Origin: an uncultured virus (IMG/VR IMGVR_UViG_3300037419_002733)
Taxonomy: Duplodnaviria > Heunggongvirae > Uroviricota > Caudoviricetes
IMG/VR virus record: IMGVR_UViG_3300037419_002733
Reading direction: 5' to 3' (one strand)
Length of the DNA stretch: 64,000 bases
Shown here: positions 41,662 through 52,611 of the stretch, piece by piece
Layout: every line of letters begins with the position of its first letter
Numbering within the stretch: position 1 is the stretch's first letter
Notes under the pieces: model-generated
Databases searched by the model: none
Seen by the model: the letters and a program-made list of their open reading frames with translations, nothing else
Told to the model about the DNA's origin: nothing
Translations under genes and position numbers: made by a program

Positions 41662-42453
41662 TCAGTGCGATCGATTGACTTGACGGGTAACAGTCTTCTG
41701 CTTGACAACAGATCGGCTACGGTTGCCCAAGATGCCGCCGAATAGTCCGCTACCACGGTTGGCATTGCTATTTCGCTGAATGTTGATATTCAGACTGCGG
41801 TTACGACCAACAGCACCGACGTTGTTGTGATGGTTGTTGAAGTTGGCATTCACGTTACGCTGAATGTTGACGCTGTGACTATGACCAACGGCACCAACGT
41901 TGTTGTTGCTGTAGTTGACGCCAACATTGTTAGCACTAACATTATTGCTGTAGTTGGTGCTGACATTGTTGCTCTGATTAACAACATGCTGCTGGGTGAC
42001 GATTCGCTGCGTCCCTTGGAAGGTAACGGCACCGGAGTTGTACTGCTGAACAACAGCCGGGGTGGTCGTCACGATAACCGGTGTCGTCGTGGTCACAATA
42101 TTCGGAGTCGTGGTCACTACGTTCTGAGTCGTCGTGGTGACGGCAGGAACCGTCGTGACTTCCTGCTTGACTACCGAATTGACAACCTCGGGTTGGACCG
42201 TGATCGTTGGCACAACGATGTTGTGCTTGATGATCGCGGTTCCCACAACCTGCTGGTTGTAGCTGTTCTGGGAAACTACGGCATTCGGAGCAGTCTGAAC
42301 CGGCTGAGGCGACACAACCCCAATAGTAGTGGTGGTCTGATTGATGCCACAAGAAGAGTACCCGTTAGCACTCACGGCACAATTACCCGAACCAGCCAAG
42401 GCTGGGGTGGTCATCATTGCCACCAACGTCGTCATTACAAATCCTTTAAACAT
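41662..42453 (-). CDS. Secreted low-complexity (Thr/Val/Asn-rich) protein
   Basis: AAGGAG RBS, signal peptide MFKGFVMTTLVAMMTTPALA, VTTTP and NNVGAVG repeats. Confidence 0.75.
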   Translation of the reverse strand: MFKGFVMTTLVAMMTTPALAGSGNCAVSANGYSSCGINQTTTTIGVVSPQPVQTAPNAVVSQNSYNQQVVGTAIIKHNIVVPTITVQPEVVNSVVKQEVTTVPAVTTTTQNVVTTTPNIVTTTTPVIVTTTPAVVQQYNSGAVTFQGTQRIVTQQHVVNQSNNVSTNYSNNVSANNVGVNYSNNNVGAVGHSHSVNIQRNVNANFNNHHNNVGAVGRNRSLNINIQRNSNANRGSGLFGGILGNRSRSVVKQKTVTRQVNRSH

Positions 42454-42472
42454 ATTCATCTCCTTATCAAAG

Positions 42473-43285
42473 TCAAAGTTTTTCTTGAATCCAGTTGATG
42501 ACGATCCTCTTCTCATCTGCGGTGAGAGGCTGAGAGGGCGGCATTGCCGTCACTCCTTCCTTCCTCAAGACCGAATTCAAAATATCCATCCTCGTACTCA
42601 AGTCGCTGTCAACCAAACTTCCATCCGAGTTGAACAACTTGACGTTATTTTTAATCTCACCGGGCTTGTGACATCCCAGACACTTCTTTTGAAACAGAGA
42701 AAGTATCTGGAACTTGTCGGCAACCTGTTGCTGGATCTGAACCGGATCGACCTGCTGGTTGGGTTGCCCTACAATCGGCATCTGTGCTTGCTGAGGCTGG
42801 GAACCTTGGATGGGCATCTGCTGAATCGGCATCTGACCCGTGGCTGGTCCCGGCTGTTGTTGTGCCTGCTGCTGAGCTTGTTCAACCGGCACGGTCTGCT
42901 GAACGGTCGTGGTTTGCTGCTGGACTTGGACCGGCATCAAAATACCATAGCCATTCTTGTTCATGTTGCTGATAATTTCCTTGGCAACCTGCTCGACGAT
43001 TCGTTCTTCCCGCTTCTGCGGCGTGACCGAAAAGTAATAGTTGATCCCGAGATCACTCAGAGGAACTCCGATGACCACCGGATAATTGATAGTCTGGTGC
43101 TGATAATGGGTGTAGTTCCCATTATAGCCGTTGTTGTAGCCTTGAACGGTATAGCCCTGTTGGATGACATTCTGCTGCGCGACATATTGCCTCGTCGGCG
43201 GGCAATACGGATGTTGCCCCAATGCGGTCACACAACTGATTCCCATTATCAGGGAAAACCACTTTATAACTCTGAAAGGGATCAT
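42473..43285 (-). CDS. Secreted protein with planctomycete-type cytochrome c domain
   Basis: Signal peptide, Gln-rich linker, CLGCH heme motif, MPP..LT..I..WI. Confidence 0.8.
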   Translation of the reverse strand: MIPFRVIKWFSLIMGISCVTALGQHPYCPPTRQYVAQQNVIQQGYTVQGYNNGYNGNYTHYQHQTINYPVVIGVPLSDLGINYYFSVTPQKREERIVEQVAKEIISNMNKNGYGILMPVQVQQQTTTVQQTVPVEQAQQQAQQQPGPATGQMPIQQMPIQGSQPQQAQMPIVGQPNQQVDPVQIQQQVADKFQILSLFQKKCLGCHKPGEIKNNVKLFNSDGSLVDSDLSTRMDILNSVLRKEGVTAMPPSQPLTADEKRIVINWIQEKL

Positions 43286-43314
43286 TTGCCTCCTACAAAA
43301 TTAGCAAGTTAGAA

Positions 43315-45483
43315 TCAGTTGGGAGATCCTATACAATATTCCTTATGGATATACCCCGTTTTACCGTCCTTCTGAACTTGATACCAATCACCGTCCATAC
43401 GTATATATGGAATTGTCTCTCCTTTTTTGACCATTCCAAGGTGGATTTGCCTCCCATCAGCCGCGCTCACCGTAATATAGCAATCCTGGATTGCTGTGAT
43501 TGCCTGGACCTGGACCTCTTTCTTCTCCTCTGCAACCTTTTCCTCCTCTTTCTTGCCTTCCTGGACCACGATGGGTTCCGCCACGACATGTTGCTCTCCA
43601 TAGGCATGATACTTCTGGAGCGCGAGCTTCACCTGTTCGGGGGAATGAAGTCTCATGGTCAGGATCGAATGGGCATAATCGCCAGCCGGGTTCAATCCTT
43701 CCCAATAACGACGAGGGATTGAGAACTTGTCGCTTGCCACGATCCTGCTGACGCGGGCGCTGATACAACCTTTGGTTTTCTCGATATATTCCGACGGAGA
43801 GACTCCGGTCTCAATAGCCGCTTGGTTCAAGTCCAACGGCTTGTCATACCATTCGCAGATGGCTGTGAACAATTGAACGTTTTGGGATGGCAATAGCCCA
43901 TTACATGCCTGAACAGCCTGAATGTAAATCAGGTTATCTGTATCGACCACGGCGTTGACGTTGTTGTTGACGAACTTGCGGTCAAGCTTGATGTACTTGT
44001 CCCTGGCTTCACGGTATGCCTTGTAGTCGTGATATGGGTCGTACTGCGGCTGGACCAAGACGTTGAGTTGCCCGCCCTCTTCGATTGTCTCCACGATGTC
44101 GTTGCCCATGGGGTTGATGCCGTTAACGTGGCAACGGATACAACCCACCGGAGTCATCACTCTGCGATCCACAGCCTTGTTCCGCTTCTTCGCGAGGGAA
44201 TTGTCGTCCACGAGACCGTTGTCAGCGAAATCGACCCGCTTATCATCCTTATCGACTAATAAGTAAACCTGGAGACCATTTTTGTGGGAAGCAATAATCT
44301 CGCCCGCGTCTTTCTTGATCTTGAATGGGTTCTCTTCCAGGTTGTTAAGATAATCTTCATTCTTGGTGTCGAAAGTCTCCCAATAATAACCCTTGGGAGT
44401 CCTCACGCCCTGGATTCGGCGATTACCTCCGGTCTCGATCGACACACCCGACTTGCCCGCCTCCAAGACCACGTTCCGATCGATGTTATCCTTGATCGCG
44501 GCTTCGAGATCAACTCCCAGAATCTTGCGAAAATCGGCGGCTTTCTGGGGGATATTCTGGTTGAAGAGCAGCGTGTAGTAAATCAATTGGGGAATCTTGT
44601 TGTCTACTTGCCGCTGAACGTTGGTCGCATTGACGATGAACCAGTCGCCACGATACAGCATGTTGCCGCCCACCAGCCTCCCGAGATTGTAAGAACTGTG
44701 ATTGACCAACGGCTCGACAACGTATGGGTCGGCTTTCGACACTTCATCCCACTGCTCTGCTGACCAGCCGAAATCCTGAATGTTGATATAACAAAGCGTA
44801 TGACTGCCCGGCACGAGCTTAGGCGTGATGATGCTCCCGGCGCTGTGTTCGATGTCGGCACAGCCATTGAGGACAAAGGAAAGGGTCAGGAACCCAGCCT
44901 GCCTCAGGGAGATCGGCATGTCTTGCCCGTTGATTGTCACGTTGGTGAACGGCTCGGTCGGTAAGGCATAGAACGTGAAGAATCTCAGGAACGGCGCTTC
45001 AGCCGGATTCACTCCGGTCGTGAGGAACCTGGCGACCTCGTTCATTTCGGAATCGATCGACTGCCTTGGTTCCGATGGAATCGCACTGATGACTTTTATG
45101 ATGTCCGGAGACATCGTGAGTTGCGGCGTCGGTAAAGTGACCGGAGCAGCATTCTGAACCGTTCCTAACCACTCGTTCGACTTGAGCGGAAGTTGGGTTG
45201 TGTCTGGGGATTGCTGGGGTACCTCTTGCTTCTCGACTTTTTCGGTCTTTTCTGGCTCTTTTTCCTCGACGGGAAGAGGATCTAGCTTCGGTGGACCGAC
45301 GAGCAATGGCAGCTTTGGTGGACCGACGAATTCCCGAACGATTGGAGCAGGATCGGGACATGCGGCTCCCCAGCCACCTACGGTCCAATCTGCTGAATCT
45401 CCTGATAGAAATATCAACAAATTAATTAAAAGGAATTTGATTGACATTGGTGCGATTCCCTGCCTTTGAAAGAGATACAGCAA
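43315..45483 (-). CDS. Large secreted CxxCH protein with C-terminal SH3b-like domain
   Basis: YYWETFD..AGEII..NGLQVYLL..GCIRCH; C-term GDWYQVQKDGKTGYIHKEY. Confidence 0.75.
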   Translation of the reverse strand: MLYLFQRQGIAPMSIKFLLINLLIFLSGDSADWTVGGWGAACPDPAPIVREFVGPPKLPLLVGPPKLDPLPVEEKEPEKTEKVEKQEVPQQSPDTTQLPLKSNEWLGTVQNAAPVTLPTPQLTMSPDIIKVISAIPSEPRQSIDSEMNEVARFLTTGVNPAEAPFLRFFTFYALPTEPFTNVTINGQDMPISLRQAGFLTLSFVLNGCADIEHSAGSIITPKLVPGSHTLCYINIQDFGWSAEQWDEVSKADPYVVEPLVNHSSYNLGRLVGGNMLYRGDWFIVNATNVQRQVDNKIPQLIYYTLLFNQNIPQKAADFRKILGVDLEAAIKDNIDRNVVLEAGKSGVSIETGGNRRIQGVRTPKGYYWETFDTKNEDYLNNLEENPFKIKKDAGEIIASHKNGLQVYLLVDKDDKRVDFADNGLVDDNSLAKKRNKAVDRRVMTPVGCIRCHVNGINPMGNDIVETIEEGGQLNVLVQPQYDPYHDYKAYREARDKYIKLDRKFVNNNVNAVVDTDNLIYIQAVQACNGLLPSQNVQLFTAICEWYDKPLDLNQAAIETGVSPSEYIEKTKGCISARVSRIVASDKFSIPRRYWEGLNPAGDYAHSILTMRLHSPEQVKLALQKYHAYGEQHVVAEPIVVQEGKKEEEKVAEEKKEVQVQAITAIQDCYITVSAADGRQIHLGMVKKGETIPYIRMDGDWYQVQKDGKTGYIHKEYCIGSPN

Positions 45484-46039
45484 GTATATAGGGGAGTCTG
45501 GGGACCTTTGTAGTGCTAAAATCAGGGATCGTTAGCGCAAGGGCATAGGTTCATGAAATCGCGAGATTTTTTGGTTGATAGAACGCGAGACTGTGTATAA
45601 AATAATAATTGTGTGGCGCGACCCAATTTCCAGTCGTTTTTCAGGTGCGAAAAATGAAGGCTTCGCCTCGTTACGGAAATGTGGTACTTCTGCTTCTTGC
45701 GGTGGTGGGATTCGTGGGAGGGCTAGAGTTTTCGACACGCACCGACTGGCAACAACAAGCCCTGATCTTGATCAAGTCGGCTGATCTCAAGCATTTAGGG
45801 ATGGTGGCTACGTCGCTCGTAATGGGCGGCAATTTCTTAGCGGCAGCGTGTCACGATTCGGCACGTTGGCATGCCGAATTTGGGGAATACGATCACGTGT
45901 GGAGAAGCATGACGGCATTTCTTGGCACGACAATCGGTGCTTGGGGCGTCAACCAACTCGTATCCTGTTTCGTCTGATAATGGGCTGCAAATTCTTTCCC
46001 CCAATTCCAGCGAACCTCTGAGACCAAAGGGACTTTGTC

Positions 46040-48052
46040 ATGTCGAACGCCGAACACGCCATCAACCACCCGCAGTTCTTCGATCACGTCAAGTATTACA
46101 CCACGTACGGTCCCAATGAGTTTTACGGCTTGAGGGTGTTGCCGGGCAACAATGGCGTGCGATTGGCGTTGCCTGATCATCCTGCCCGATATCTCTACAA
46201 CGTCACACAGTTTGACAGGGTCCAATTCATCGCGGTCGACGAGTCCCTGCACGCGGCGATTCAGGACAGGATCGCCAATCCCTTGATCTTCCATGCCGGA
46301 CATTCCCTGCCGCGAGCGCTGCGGTATCCCTATCGATGGATGCGGCGGATTTTCTGGACCAAGCCGACAAAGCCCTCGGAGATCTGGGATCTCGTGAAGG
46401 GGCAGGACATCAGGTGGAAATTCGAAGAGGGGAAGATCAGTTTCTACCTGTCGGATTACCCTATCCACTTTTGGACCATTGACATCATCGCTTCTAAATC
46501 AGACATTGAGGCGAGTTATCTGCAAAAATTCCCTCATTCTGCTTATGCTAAAGCGTTCAGAGAGACCAAAATTAGCATGTGGGATTACCTGCTCAGCAAG
46601 CGGGTCGACCTGCAGGTGATCGCCGACGAGGAATTGAAGAAGTATAACGAAAAGCGAAAAATGTCTCTTGAATGTGACATCGCTCAGCAGGTGAGGGATA
46701 ATATCGCGGCAAAGGAGCAAGTTTCGTCGCCTTCGCCCGATCCCAAACCCACAGAGAAGCCCAAGAAGCCCGTTCCTAAGGGAGGTCCAGATATCAGGGT
46801 CGGAGACACGGTCAGGGTGGTCCGGAATACAGCGGACGCGATGAAGGATCGCAAGTTGGAGTATCTTCAGCCGGGCGATGAGGTGATCGTGTGCGAGGTC
46901 GACAACGATTGGACCCATTTCTCACTGGCTGGAGTGAAGCCAGCGATCGGGTACAAGCGAATCTCGGCACAGGAGGAGGTCGCACACGTCCACTACCTGC
47001 CGATGGAGGACGTGGAACGAGTGCCGGATTACTGGATGATCGTGGCGAAAGACGGAAAACCTTGGCATATCTATAAGAATGGCAACCTCTTCAGCACGAT
47101 CGACAAGACTCAGGTCTACGTTAGAGATATCAATGAACATGTGAGAATTGGAGATCTCGTCGAATATCGGGGACGAGGCAATCGCCCTTTCATCCATTAC
47201 CGAGATCATTGTCATCCTCTCGATCTCGTTCCTCGCGCAGCGTGGGTTCCGCATGGTCACATTGGTTATGAAATCGGGATCAATGTCGATTGCTATCATG
47301 GCAACCTTCGACTTACGGAGATACAGGTCCTCGTTCGTGACCGGGCATTGACCGCGATGGCGTCGGAAAACTCCAAGACCGAGGACCCATCCAGGAAGAC
47401 CATCACTCTGAATCATTGGTTGATTGAACAGATTAGGGAACTGTCGCCGAGCAAGTGGGCGATTTATCACAATGGAGAGTTCATCGCAGCCGCCGACAAT
47501 GACTATGGGATCATCAAAAGTTTGTGGCAGGAAAATGATATCTTGGATTGGTGGTCTAATAATCGGTCTATATACCCGTCATCTCAGATTTATCGGAATG
47601 TGAAGGAATCCTTCGAGTTTCTTTGTCACGCCAACAAGGATTCGACGATCGGATTGGTCGATCCCCAGACAGACGCGGAACGAAGTCACATGTCGTACGC
47701 GAATCCCAAGTATCAGCTTTCTCCTGAGGAATGGGAATTGAGACGTACATCTCTCTTGAAGATCGAAGAGAGCCGGAAGTCTCAAGCCCAAGAGATGATC
47801 AAGGATCTCGCCGAGTCCCTCCCCAAGGTCGAAGAGAAAAAGAAGCCGTACGTCCCCAAGGTCGGCGACCGGGTCCGAGTGGTCAAGAACACTTCTAATG
47901 CCTATCGTCCCGACAATTCCAGCGAGCATCTCGAACCGGGAGACGAGGTGGTGATCAGCCGCTTCTTCGACGACGAGAAAACCCGAGTCTGTTATAAGAT
48001 GTTGGGCGGAGGTATTAACAACATCGACATCTCCGACATCGAACCAGTGTGA
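46040..48052 (+). CDS. Multidomain hypothetical protein with duplicated SH3/KOW-like domain
   Basis: IRVGDTVRVVRNT..LQPGDEVIV and KVGDRVRVVKNT..LEPGDEVVI. Confidence 0.75.
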   Translation: MSNAEHAINHPQFFDHVKYYTTYGPNEFYGLRVLPGNNGVRLALPDHPARYLYNVTQFDRVQFIAVDESLHAAIQDRIANPLIFHAGHSLPRALRYPYRWMRRIFWTKPTKPSEIWDLVKGQDIRWKFEEGKISFYLSDYPIHFWTIDIIASKSDIEASYLQKFPHSAYAKAFRETKISMWDYLLSKRVDLQVIADEELKKYNEKRKMSLECDIAQQVRDNIAAKEQVSSPSPDPKPTEKPKKPVPKGGPDIRVGDTVRVVRNTADAMKDRKLEYLQPGDEVIVCEVDNDWTHFSLAGVKPAIGYKRISAQEEVAHVHYLPMEDVERVPDYWMIVAKDGKPWHIYKNGNLFSTIDKTQVYVRDINEHVRIGDLVEYRGRGNRPFIHYRDHCHPLDLVPRAAWVPHGHIGYEIGINVDCYHGNLRLTEIQVLVRDRALTAMASENSKTEDPSRKTITLNHWLIEQIRELSPSKWAIYHNGEFIAAADNDYGIIKSLWQENDILDWWSNNRSIYPSSQIYRNVKESFEFLCHANKDSTIGLVDPQTDAERSHMSYANPKYQLSPEEWELRRTSLLKIEESRKSQAQEMIKDLAESLPKVEEKKKPYVPKVGDRVRVVKNTSNAYRPDNSSEHLEPGDEVVISRFFDDEKTRVCYKMLGGGINNIDISDIEPV

Positions 48053-48585
48053 GTTGACCTAGCATCATCTTTCGGCAATTCAGGAAGAAGGAGTCCGACC
48101 TATGAAGACCACTCGTCGTCTGGTTCGCAAAGAGGTTCTGAAGTGTGGCTGTCTGAGGTATTGTTACTCAACGCCCACACCCTTCAATGCCGACGGTGTC
48201 GATGATAGAGAGATCCTTTATTGTCGCCATCACGGGTCTCTCTACCTCGATCTCTACCCGCTCATTGGTCTGGGACGCCCCCCCTTCCTTGAAGAATTGC
48301 TCCGAGAAAAGTCTTACCAAAGAACGACTCCGCTTCCGGAATACACGCAAGCGGAGGTCAAGATGAGGACCATGATCAGGCTCGTCCTCCTCACTCTCGT
48401 CGCCTTGTTCATATTGGCTGTTTCGCCGAACATCGGCGAATGGTATAATAGCAAACCCCGAACAATGCTTCCCTCCCCGAGTTCTTCTCCCTTGCTCGAT
48501 GAACGAAGTCTTGCGTCGTCCGCGTTGCGGAATATCGGGAAGGATAAGTTTCCCCCCTTGTTCGGTGTCGATTTGATACAGGAGA

Positions 48586-49350
48586 ATGTCAATGTTTTGG
48601 ATCAAGGTCCTCATATTCACCATCAAGGTCATTTCTTACGATGAGAAAGAGCCCTCTGATCGGGTCGTGACGGCACCAGCAGGCGAAGAGAACACGTGGG
48701 GTCCAAGTGCGGTCAAGGCGAGAGAAGAAGGAGCCATCCCGCCGATCCGATGGACCCCGGAGATGCTGACCTGGCAGGAATGGGGACGGAAGAACCTGGA
48801 AGATGGCGACCTGGTCCATCGGCTGGGGGATGCGAGACTCGCCCGTGGACTCTATCCCTTCAGCCGCGCCCTCGCCAAGGTGACGGATTCAAGGTACAGC
48901 CACACCGCAATCGTCTCGATCGAGCATGGGGAACCATTCCTCTATGACGCCACCAAGGCGGGCATCCGTCGTCAGCCGTTCGCTATCTACATGATCGATG
49001 TCATCGGCAATCAGTGGTGCGTGTCGCGATGTTCCAATCTCGACAAGACCAAGGCAATTGCCTACGCCAAGAAACGATGGGAGGAACAGACACCATTCGA
49101 CTTCGAACTTTCGCCCGATGACCGCAACCTCTATTGTGTCGAGTTGGCGGTCAAATCCTATCGGGCGGGCGGGGTGGGACTAGGATTGCCTCGACCCATC
49201 TTTATGATTCCCGGCATCCGCCGCTGGCCGGTGACCCTTTGGTGCTTCTCCAAGATGGGTCTGAATCTGACCATGCCGGTGTGGTACGTGGGCAATACTC
49301 GGCATGGGATTCTTTCGTCGCCCTTGCTACAGACAGTGCATCAGGAGTGA
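48586..49350 (+). CDS. YiiX/YebB-like permuted papain (NlpC/P60) enzyme
   Basis: LEDGDLV..YSHTAIV..PFDF..LYCVELA (His before Cys). Confidence 0.85.
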   Translation: MSMFWIKVLIFTIKVISYDEKEPSDRVVTAPAGEENTWGPSAVKAREEGAIPPIRWTPEMLTWQEWGRKNLEDGDLVHRLGDARLARGLYPFSRALAKVTDSRYSHTAIVSIEHGEPFLYDATKAGIRRQPFAIYMIDVIGNQWCVSRCSNLDKTKAIAYAKKRWEEQTPFDFELSPDDRNLYCVELAVKSYRAGGVGLGLPRPIFMIPGIRRWPVTLWCFSKMGLNLTMPVWYVGNTRHGILSSPLLQTVHQE

Positions 49351-49408
49351 CCGATTCGGACCGGGCTTTGTTGGGACTTCAGGTATACGCTTCAGGGAGG
49401 GCGGAATC

Positions 49409-50413
49409 ATGAAGCCTTTTGAATGCGAAGACGCCGACGGAACGATCCACATGCATTACGATAACTGGCACGCTTGGGTTCAATCCCAGGCTGCCAGTTA
49501 TCCCCAAGTTATCGGCAAGTACCGATACGATGTCGAACTGGCACATCCTCGGCTCACGCTTGCAGAGGTCCCTGTCGAGCAAAACCCCCATCTGGGGTTC
49601 ACGCCACGCACCTGCTTCTATTCATGCGCCGATTGGTCCACGATCTTCGGCGTCCACGATGCTCACCACCCCAGCGGCAGCGAAAGTTTCAGGATGATCG
49701 TCGAGAACGGACATCCCGACCCGGTCTACGGCGATCGCATCAGGCTCATGAGCACGTCGAGTACCATCGAAGATGAGCCGAATGGGACCAATCCTGCGAA
49801 TAAATTCGCATTCTTTCGGGGAAGATATTGGAAGGTGACGAACTTCGAGGGACTGCAGCCAAGGGTCTCGCCTGCGACCTACCCGATCAGCAGTTTCGCT
49901 GACGCGATGGTTCGTCATCCCAAGGCAATCCCGCCCGAATTGCTCTGTCGCGAGTCCCCGCCCAATGGCAACCCCTACGGGGTCTCTATCGATGTCGTGC
50001 GGGACTTCAACGGGACCGTCGCTTCCTTCCAGCCGGAAGGCGAAGCCATGATGTGGCTCGGTCCGGTGCGACTCGTGATTTGGTCTCACAGGTCAAACCA
50101 AACGGGCGAGACCCGATTTATGTCGATCAGCCCCTACCACGACCACAACTTGCCTGAGCAGTTCTATCGATTCCGCGACCTTCAAAAAGGCGTCCTCAAT
50201 ACGACTGCCATGAACGGCGGAAATTACGAAATCCAGAAGATCGCCAACGGCATGGAGCGAGGGAAGACCGTCCATTTCTACCTCCTCTCCAATTTCGGTG
50301 GGGCTGACATCGCCAACTTGGGCGATAATCTAAATATCCCGCTGTTCAACTTCCAGCACGGGATTCTCAACACCCTGCTGCAAAGAGAGCGAACATTGTT
50401 CTGTACTCACTAA
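49409..50413 (+). CDS. Hypothetical protein
   Basis: GGAGG RBS, 334 aa. Confidence 0.7.
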   Translation: MKPFECEDADGTIHMHYDNWHAWVQSQAASYPQVIGKYRYDVELAHPRLTLAEVPVEQNPHLGFTPRTCFYSCADWSTIFGVHDAHHPSGSESFRMIVENGHPDPVYGDRIRLMSTSSTIEDEPNGTNPANKFAFFRGRYWKVTNFEGLQPRVSPATYPISSFADAMVRHPKAIPPELLCRESPPNGNPYGVSIDVVRDFNGTVASFQPEGEAMMWLGPVRLVIWSHRSNQTGETRFMSISPYHDHNLPEQFYRFRDLQKGVLNTTAMNGGNYEIQKIANGMERGKTVHFYLLSNFGGADIANLGDNLNIPLFNFQHGILNTLLQRERTLFCTH

Positions 50414-50425
50414 TATATACGATAT

Positions 50426-52486
50426 ATGATTTCTGCATCCGACTTCGTTTTCGTATATTCAGGTGGTCCGAACAATGACAATCCCTCCCAATCTCTGGGA
50501 GGGATACCATCTGCTGTTCCTATCCCCTCGACCATCGACAATCTCTTCGATGATCTGGACCCGACACAAGCCGCCAACGGCTTCGTGGACTACCGATGCA
50601 TCTACGTCTTCAACGAAGACACTGACGATGGACTATTCGACGCGAATGTCTTCATCGGGCAGCAGGAAGAAGGCGGGGCATATGTTGAATTGGGATTTGA
50701 CTTCCGCAATGACCGGCAATCGCTGACGGTTCTCGGTCCCGCAGTCAGTGGGCAGTTGCTCCTGGCGTACGACGGCTATCCTCTAACCGTTGATTTTTTA
50801 CCTGATAAAGACCAATTCGCTCACAACCTTCAAAACGCGCTCAATAACTTGCCCCAACTAAGCGGGGTCGTATGCGAAGGAATCGATGATAATGGGGCAA
50901 TCACGGTTTTCATCAACTTCGAAGGCTTCGACAGCAAGCGATACCATCCCAAGCTGATTTTGATCGCCAACAACGTTGATGGAAGCACTGGTATAAATAT
51001 ACTGAAACTGGTTGATGGATCTCCGGTCAACGCGATAGCTCCGTCGGTATCGGCAGCCACCCAAGCTCCCGGAGGCGTGATTTTTGGTTCGCCCACCGAC
51101 ATGTTCAATGTTGGGATCATATTGCCGGGCGATGGGATTCCGGTCTGGGCGAGGCGAACCACGCCTCAGAACGCAACCGGAGTGAGATACGACGGCTTCC
51201 TGCTCCAGTTCCTCGGTTCTCCCAATACGCCGGTCTTCCCGGAACCGCCGCCGATCTGGGCGACCGAGATGACGGGAGGGATAGTTGTGGGAGGAGCCGC
51301 TGACGCGGTGGCTCATAATGCGGGCATCTACGAATCCACGATGACGGGGGGCTTGGTCCTCTCCGGTGAAGCGGCGTACGTGCTGACTTTTGCTACGGGA
51401 GATGGTATCCAGCATTTTGTAACCTCGGGCAATGGCGGGATCAAGACTGGCGGTGTGGCGATTACCAGCCTTGCCAAGAAGTTCGTCGGGAAGCCGTCGG
51501 GCGGGATTGTGGTGCGAGGCACGGCGACGACATCAACGACAGGCATCAGCAATCTGCCGTCGGCAAGTGCCTATGGTTGTCCGCAATTTCCGATCGGTTG
51601 GTCCGTCGGGGTAACTGGAACTTATGGGGCATCATCATCTTCCAACTGCGGATGTAATTTCGTATTCAACGACAGTTTGCTGGATTTCAATCCAACAACG
51701 GGATCTTGGATCGGTCCGCTCAATTCCGGGATGCCAGATGCGGGACCGATCATGGAAATGGTCCTCGATTCCTCCTTGCATGGTTACTATTACGAATTAA
51801 GTTATAATGATTCGACCCAGAAATGGGACCTCAAGGCTCACGCGCCGGTCAATCCATCCGGCGGCAACAACACCGACTGTACCTTGATGCATACCTCATG
51901 GGCGGCAGCAAATTGGAATTGCTGCGGCGTCAACAATCTTTCCACCTCGGAAAGCACGTCCTTTACGTCATCTTGTGCTATTGCTACATATAATTTGACC
52001 TTAACTCCTTACAGGTATTGTGCCCCAACCCCTTTCCAGATTCGTTGTGGCAAGTGCGCCCTCGCGACGAAAGTTCCGAATACGATCACTCTGCATACCC
52101 AATTCGGCGCAGGGAGTACGTGCCAGGCGACCGCGTTGGCTGGGACATTCACGCTCCAAAGATACACGTCGATACATCCATGCCATTGGGTGGGGGACAT
52201 TCCGGCTTTGCCGAATGTGAAATGGGTTATGGGGTATACAGATCACGGGGTATTCGCCGACAGCATGGGATATATATATCCCACCGGGCTTGCCAACAAG
52301 TGGTATATTACTGCATTTGATCCCATGTCAACATATGTGATGTGGTGGACGATTTCTGATCAGGATTTCAATTGCTGTGCGGAGACCTCAGCCTGGGATC
52401 TTAATGAGAGTAATTTGTCCCCGTGTAACCCCGGTGTAGGGAGCATAGCCACTACAACTCCCGTAACCCCTACAGGATGCCATTGA
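50426..52486 (+). CDS. Putative virion structural/tail fibre-like protein
   Basis: YSGG..SLGG..NLFDD..DYRCIYV N-terminus, GGIVVGG repeats, Cys-rich C-terminus. Confidence 0.6.
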   Translation: MISASDFVFVYSGGPNNDNPSQSLGGIPSAVPIPSTIDNLFDDLDPTQAANGFVDYRCIYVFNEDTDDGLFDANVFIGQQEEGGAYVELGFDFRNDRQSLTVLGPAVSGQLLLAYDGYPLTVDFLPDKDQFAHNLQNALNNLPQLSGVVCEGIDDNGAITVFINFEGFDSKRYHPKLILIANNVDGSTGINILKLVDGSPVNAIAPSVSAATQAPGGVIFGSPTDMFNVGIILPGDGIPVWARRTTPQNATGVRYDGFLLQFLGSPNTPVFPEPPPIWATEMTGGIVVGGAADAVAHNAGIYESTMTGGLVLSGEAAYVLTFATGDGIQHFVTSGNGGIKTGGVAITSLAKKFVGKPSGGIVVRGTATTSTTGISNLPSASAYGCPQFPIGWSVGVTGTYGASSSSNCGCNFVFNDSLLDFNPTTGSWIGPLNSGMPDAGPIMEMVLDSSLHGYYYELSYNDSTQKWDLKAHAPVNPSGGNNTDCTLMHTSWAAANWNCCGVNNLSTSESTSFTSSCAIATYNLTLTPYRYCAPTPFQIRCGKCALATKVPNTITLHTQFGAGSTCQATALAGTFTLQRYTSIHPCHWVGDIPALPNVKWVMGYTDHGVFADSMGYIYPTGLANKWYITAFDPMSTYVMWWTISDQDFNCCAETSAWDLNESNLSPCNPGVGSIATTTPVTPTGCH

Positions 52487-52611
52487 GGTCTGGCAATTTT
52501 CTCTGGTTTTTAGTTTACAGGCTAAAAAGAACCGGCTATAGTAAAGGGAGACGATTGGAGTTACGTGTTCATTCAAAGGTGACCACCATGGCACCGAGGG
52601 GCAAAGGAACG

